Source of the DNA: Paenibacillus sp.
Lineage (GTDB): Bacteria; Bacillota; Bacilli; Paenibacillales; YIM-B00363
NCBI GenBank assembly: GCA_031181325.1
Contig: JAPSKX010000033.1
Span: forward strand, 231 to 32,230
Length of the DNA stretch: 32,000 nt
Direction of reading: 5' to 3'
Part shown: positions 31,045 to 32,000 of the stretch, one piece after another
How positions within the stretch are numbered: position 1 is the first letter of the stretch
How the letters are laid out: every line of letters begins with the position of its first letter
Made by a program: the position numbers and the translations under genes
The notes under the pieces: model-generated
What the model saw: the letters and a program-made list of their open reading frames with translations, nothing else
The model's database searches: none
Told to the model about the DNA's origin: nothing

Positions 31045-32000
31045 TTGCCTAGCAATACGGAACACCTGGGGCTCGTTAAAATCAATCCGGCCACCGACGG
31101 CAATCAAGCATTTAGTATTGAGACGCATCTTAATGATAACTGGGACAAGCTGGACGCCGAAGCGAAGCGCGTTGCCGAGAAGGTCGATACCGCCCAGCCT
31201 CTGCCGATTAACGTCGTCCCGGGCGTAAACATCGTTGAAGCGTTCGAAAATGCGGTTGCAACATTTGACTCGATGGAAGGCGACGACCTTTTGAATATCC
31301 TGGGTCCGCCTGGAAACTTCGAATCCCTTGACGGTTGGTCATACGCAGGCGCTGCGGTACAACTTACAGCGACATATAAGAGGTCTGGTTCAACTGCTCT
31401 CGCCACCTTTCCAACCGCTTCAGCGCCTTCTTATGTCTACAGGGATTACGACATAAAACTGGATACGGGAAAGAGCTATGTTTTGCTGGCTTGGGCGTAT
31501 ATTGAGGGCGGGACGACTGGGATCGGGAGTCAGCGGGTCACAATTTACGATAAGGGCGATGTGGAAAACAGCCGATATAGTGTAAGCGTTAATGGTTCCA
31601 AACGGGGACAGTGGCAATTGCTGAGGATGAAAATACCGACAGGGAACACGGTCACAACGAACGGTTTCCGCTTACTTGTCGGTGCAGGAAACGTAGGCGA
31701 CAGCACGGTCATTTATGATAGCGTTCGTTTGTACGAAGTAACGAGCGCCCAGGCCGCCGAATTCGACAACTTAACAGAAGCGCAAGCTGATGCCCGGTAC
31801 CCGTATACCGAAGGCTTCGCAGGCGTCTTTAATCCGTATGTCATCGCGCCGGGGAAGAACTTGTTTAACCTTGCGGCGTACGTAAATCATTACGGAGCAA
31901 GTTATTTCACGATGGACGACGCCGTTACACTTCGAATAATAAACTACTTTAGCGCCGTGACATTTCCGATGAAACTAGCTCCGAATACGGAGTACACTGT
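31045..32000 (+). CDS. Tail fibre / receptor-binding protein, N-terminal 318 aa (continues beyond the window)
   Basis: This ORF is not in the track because it has no stop. The TTG start at 31045 lies 8 nt after AAGGAGG. MPSNTEHLGLVKINPATDGNQAFSIETHLNDNWDKLDA is the conserved N-terminus of Firmicute phage tail fibres. A jelly-roll/CBM-like segment follows (GNFESLDGWSYAG...VRLYEV). Confidence 0.75.
   Translation, partial: MPSNTEHLGLVKINPATDGNQAFSIETHLNDNWDKLDAEAKRVAEKVDTAQPLPINVVPGVNIVEAFENAVATFDSMEGDDLLNILGPPGNFESLDGWSYAGAAVQLTATYKRSGSTALATFPTASAPSYVYRDYDIKLDTGKSYVLLAWAYIEGGTTGIGSQRVTIYDKGDVENSRYSVSVNGSKRGQWQLLRMKIPTGNTVTTNGFRLLVGAGNVGDSTVIYDSVRLYEVTSAQAAEFDNLTEAQADARYPYTEGFAGVFNPYVIAPGKNLFNLAAYVNHYGASYFTMDDAVTLRIINYFSAVTFPMKLAPNTEYT

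Larger units (their letters stand above)
19565..32000. mobile_element. PBSX-like phage-tail gene cluster without a head/packaging module (tailocin-like element); the right end lies beyond the window
   Basis: The gene order is regulators, then sheath, tube, chaperone, tape measure, baseplate and fibre. No terminase, portal or capsid ORF lies between the regulators and the tail genes. Confidence 0.7.

Overview
This is a 32-kb chromosomal segment from a high-GC, endospore-forming Firmicute. The gene content looks Paenibacillaceae-like, but that is an inference: no database search was possible and all family names come from recognised sequence signatures. Positions 1-19.5 kb are ordinary or accessory chromosome. 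They hold a partial aldo/keto reductase, a stand-alone tRNA-Gly(CCC) with a near-consensus sigma-A promoter, and an AT-richer islet carrying a small membrane protein. Next come an AraC regulator with a GH35 beta-galactosidase. A sporulation-flavoured islet follows: two YjcZ-like tiny genes with paralogous upstream regions, a NucA/NucB-type nuclease fused to an Excalibur motif, an unlisted small basic ORF and a second copy of the small membrane protein. After that is a YesM/YesN-type two-component system with an LplABC-type sugar ABC importer, followed by a Tat-signal beta-helix protein, an alpha/beta hydrolase, a DUF4091-like protein and an unlisted tatA. A ZTP (pfl-motif) riboswitch with an intrinsic terminator then precedes a UPF0126/TRIC-type membrane protein. 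From 19.5 kb to the window end is the most interesting part, a PBSX-like contractile phage-tail cluster. It starts with ImmA/XRE/sigma-like regulators and runs straight into tail genes in xkdJ-to-xkdV order, with no terminase, portal, protease or capsid genes. This makes it a candidate R-type tailocin. It has a face-to-face promoter switch with 6-3-6 operators, a terminator-containing leader, a -1 frameshift chaperone, an unexplained repeat family in two long intra-operon spacers, and a compositionally foreign tape-measure and fibre. Many long ORFs in the supplied track are antisense or off-frame shadows typical of high-GC DNA and were not called.
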